Shown: positions 61,688 to 64,000 of the stretch, one piece after another
Layout: every line of letters begins with the position of its first letter
Position numbering within the stretch: position 1 is the stretch's first letter
From: Lama guanicoe
Lineage: Eukaryota
Length of the DNA stretch: 64,000 bases
Reading direction: 5' to 3'
NCBI GenBank assembly: GCA_013239625.1
Contig: MU053652.1
Span: forward strand, 1,614,001 to 1,678,000
The notes under the pieces: generated by a model
What the model was told of the DNA's origin: nothing
What the model saw: the letters and a program-made list of their open reading frames with translations, nothing else
Database searches by the model: none
Program-made: the position numbers and the translations under genes

Positions 61688-64000
61688 GTAGGACAAGGTG
61701 TAGTCGTTTCGGTTCTTGTGAAGACAGCCGGTCCCGCCCTGGGACGGGTGTTTTCTTACGCTCTTTTACTGCCTTGGGCCTGGCTGGCGAGTGATACGGT
61801 TTGAGTTAAGGAGCTGTGTTGCTGCCTTCACTTGGAGGGCTGTTGTGGGAGTCACACTCGGTGAGTGTGGATCCACCTGTCCCATGGGCCGATGGTCTCT
61901 GAGAGGTGTGCGTCTCTAAGCCTGCTAGGCCATTCCAAATGGTGTTGGGGAAGGCAGACACGGGCAAAGGTTATGTCTGTTCCTCCCCCTGCAGCCCTTC
62001 TGGCTGGTGTGTCCATCTGGAATCCATTCAGGGAAACAGATGGAGAAAAGTGTAGGACCTACTGGAGTTGCTTCTGGGGCTAATAGCCAAATCATGGGAC
62101 AAAGAAACCATGGATGTTGTGGGAGCACAGAAATTCCTTAAGGTGGAGTAGAATGGTGTGATCTGGGGACAGGAGCTTTCCTGCTCGTTCTCCGGAAGCT
62201 TGCTGGCCTCAGGGGTACTGGGTGACCTTGGCCCATCAGCAATATTGGGGACACCCGTCCATCTAGAACTATTTTCTCGCCCACCTCTGCTTGGGTGCTT
62301 GGGTTCTCACCTCAGTGATTTAGAGCTGGCCCTGTTATAGGGTGTCCTCCTTGCTTGGATTAAAAGCCTTTGTGAGACTGTTGGCAGTAGGTCCTGTGGT
62401 CGGTTGGCTGATAGTCGTACTTCACTCTTCCCTGGGAAATACTGACAACTCCGTGTGGAGATCCTGCTTGTTTTAATTAGGCTTCCCTTGGAATTCTCTG
62501 GACAGCGTGTGATTCAGACTGATGGAGCAGCTCTGCGTGATCTGAGACTGAGCTTTGATGCCTCCATCTCCCTTGGCTGTGTTTCTGGGCATTCGCCTGA
62601 CGGTCAAGGGGAAATGTTCTCTGCACGTCTAGAAGACTGTGCCTGTTCTCCCATCCCATGTGACAGCCCGTTTCAGCAACTGTTTCTTTTCTTAAATTGT
62701 GCATCCCTGCGGAACAGGCAGTGGGGCTGGAGTGTGAGAGGGTGGAGGAGGAGCGGCAGGGGACAGAGCGTGTGTGAGTTGGGGCCGTGCGGCGAGTGGT
62801 TACGTGGGTATTAGCTGGGAGAGGAAACACGTGTTGGGGAAATGCACACTGCAAGATGCTGCGGGCAATGTGGCACACTCCCGGGACCACCCGCCTCATC
62901 CTAGTGTCCTGCCATCAGTGTTAACAAATAATTTGGCCATCACCTATATAGCTTTAAGAATTATATTTCATAGTCTCTTGCCTTTCTGCGAAGAATATAT
63001 TAAACAGAATTGAATGTTTTCTTGCTACCTTGGCTTTCTTCTTGTGATCATTACTTGTGTGTTGAACTGAATTTGCGGGTGCCCAGGGCAGACGCTGGGA
63101 GCTGTAGGCGTGTTGTCCCCGCATGACTCCTGTGTCTGGTGCCTGCATCCTTCCCGGCTCTTCCTCTGGTGAGCATGGTCACTCACCACTTCCAGCCGCT
63201 GCCAGGAATCCTGGTCCACTTCAGTGCCTCTCCTCCTCCCCGGGTCTGCGGCTCCCAGCTCTCAGTGAGCTAGGAAATCAGATAACCAAACTTGCTGAAA
63301 TTGTGTCTGATAAGCCTCGGTATAAACCAAGGAGGGAAGTGCTTTAGAGCAGGACCTCGGGCACGTTTCCGTTGGTTGCTCAGATGACTTCATTCTTCAG
63401 AAGGATTCAGCAAGTTCAGTTTGCTGGCAAAGTGGATTCTAAATACCAAAGCATTCCCATATACAGTTTGTACGATGAAATGCCTGTTGCCCTGTTTTGC
63501 CTGCTCCGATGGGTGAATAAGCACTGTTGATGGAAAATTAGTAAGCAAGGGAACTTGGGGTGCTTCAGCTCTTGTCTCTGCTTCGCCTGATCTCAGCACA
63601 AGGGAGAGGTGGCTTCCTCTAAAGCACTGAAAGATTCCCACCCCACAGACTTCCTGCCAGGTGCCAGCGGATCCTTTACTTGATGGCCCAATGAAGTAGA
63701 TACTGTAGAAGGATTTTTTTTTTTGCTATTGTCTGAGCTTGTTGGTATATGGTGTCAGGGAAATAAACATTGAGACCTCAGTGCCCATAACGGAATAGAA
63801 AGTTATTTTCTCTTGGGGGAAAAAAGGTGTTTCCTGGCCATAGCTGCATCATAGACTCTAGACGGTCGACTTGCAAATGCATGCTTTCGGTCACTGGGTG
63901 GACAGAGGCTGATGGGGCCTGGCTCTGTCTCACCTGTGGAAGCCAGTCCCCTGATGAGGGTGGTCAGAGGGCAGCCTGTCTCCATGAATGAGGGCTGAGG

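Noticed and set aside
1..64000. A previously undescribed multi-gene biological system (CRISPR-like array, operon, novel gene cluster)
   Set aside because: The window is explained by two PLXNA4 exons plus ordinary mammalian intronic repeats. I saw no repeat-spacer arrays and no other credible coding exons.

Overview
Mammalian genomic DNA spanning the 5' part of the plexin A4 gene (PLXNA4, + strand). It contains the first coding exon (acceptor ~42442, ATG 42523, donor after 43707; signal peptide plus most of the Sema domain) and the next coding exon (61505-61687, 183 nt, phase 0/0). About 42 kb of upstream intron, a 17.8 kb intron and 2.3 kb of the following intron make up the rest. No CpG-island promoter or first exon is visible, so the TSS is probably upstream of the window. 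The introns are full of old eutherian repeats (L2, MIR, L1M-type, MLT1/MLT2 LTRs, MER5/MER20/MER44). One tRNA-derived SINE resembles the camelid SINE, and I saw no Alu, B1/B2, Bov-A, PRE1 or Can-SINE, which suggests a camelid genome (inference). Nearly all ORFs in the supplied track are spurious or L1 ORF2 remnants. I find no convincing evidence of a previously undescribed biological system. The most interesting items are candidate routes to truncated, secreted PLXNA4 isoforms, a possible internal promoter and enhancer motif clusters, nested insertions with preserved target-site duplications, and a perfect 67-bp tandem duplication. Repeat family names and boundaries were recognised by eye and are approximate.
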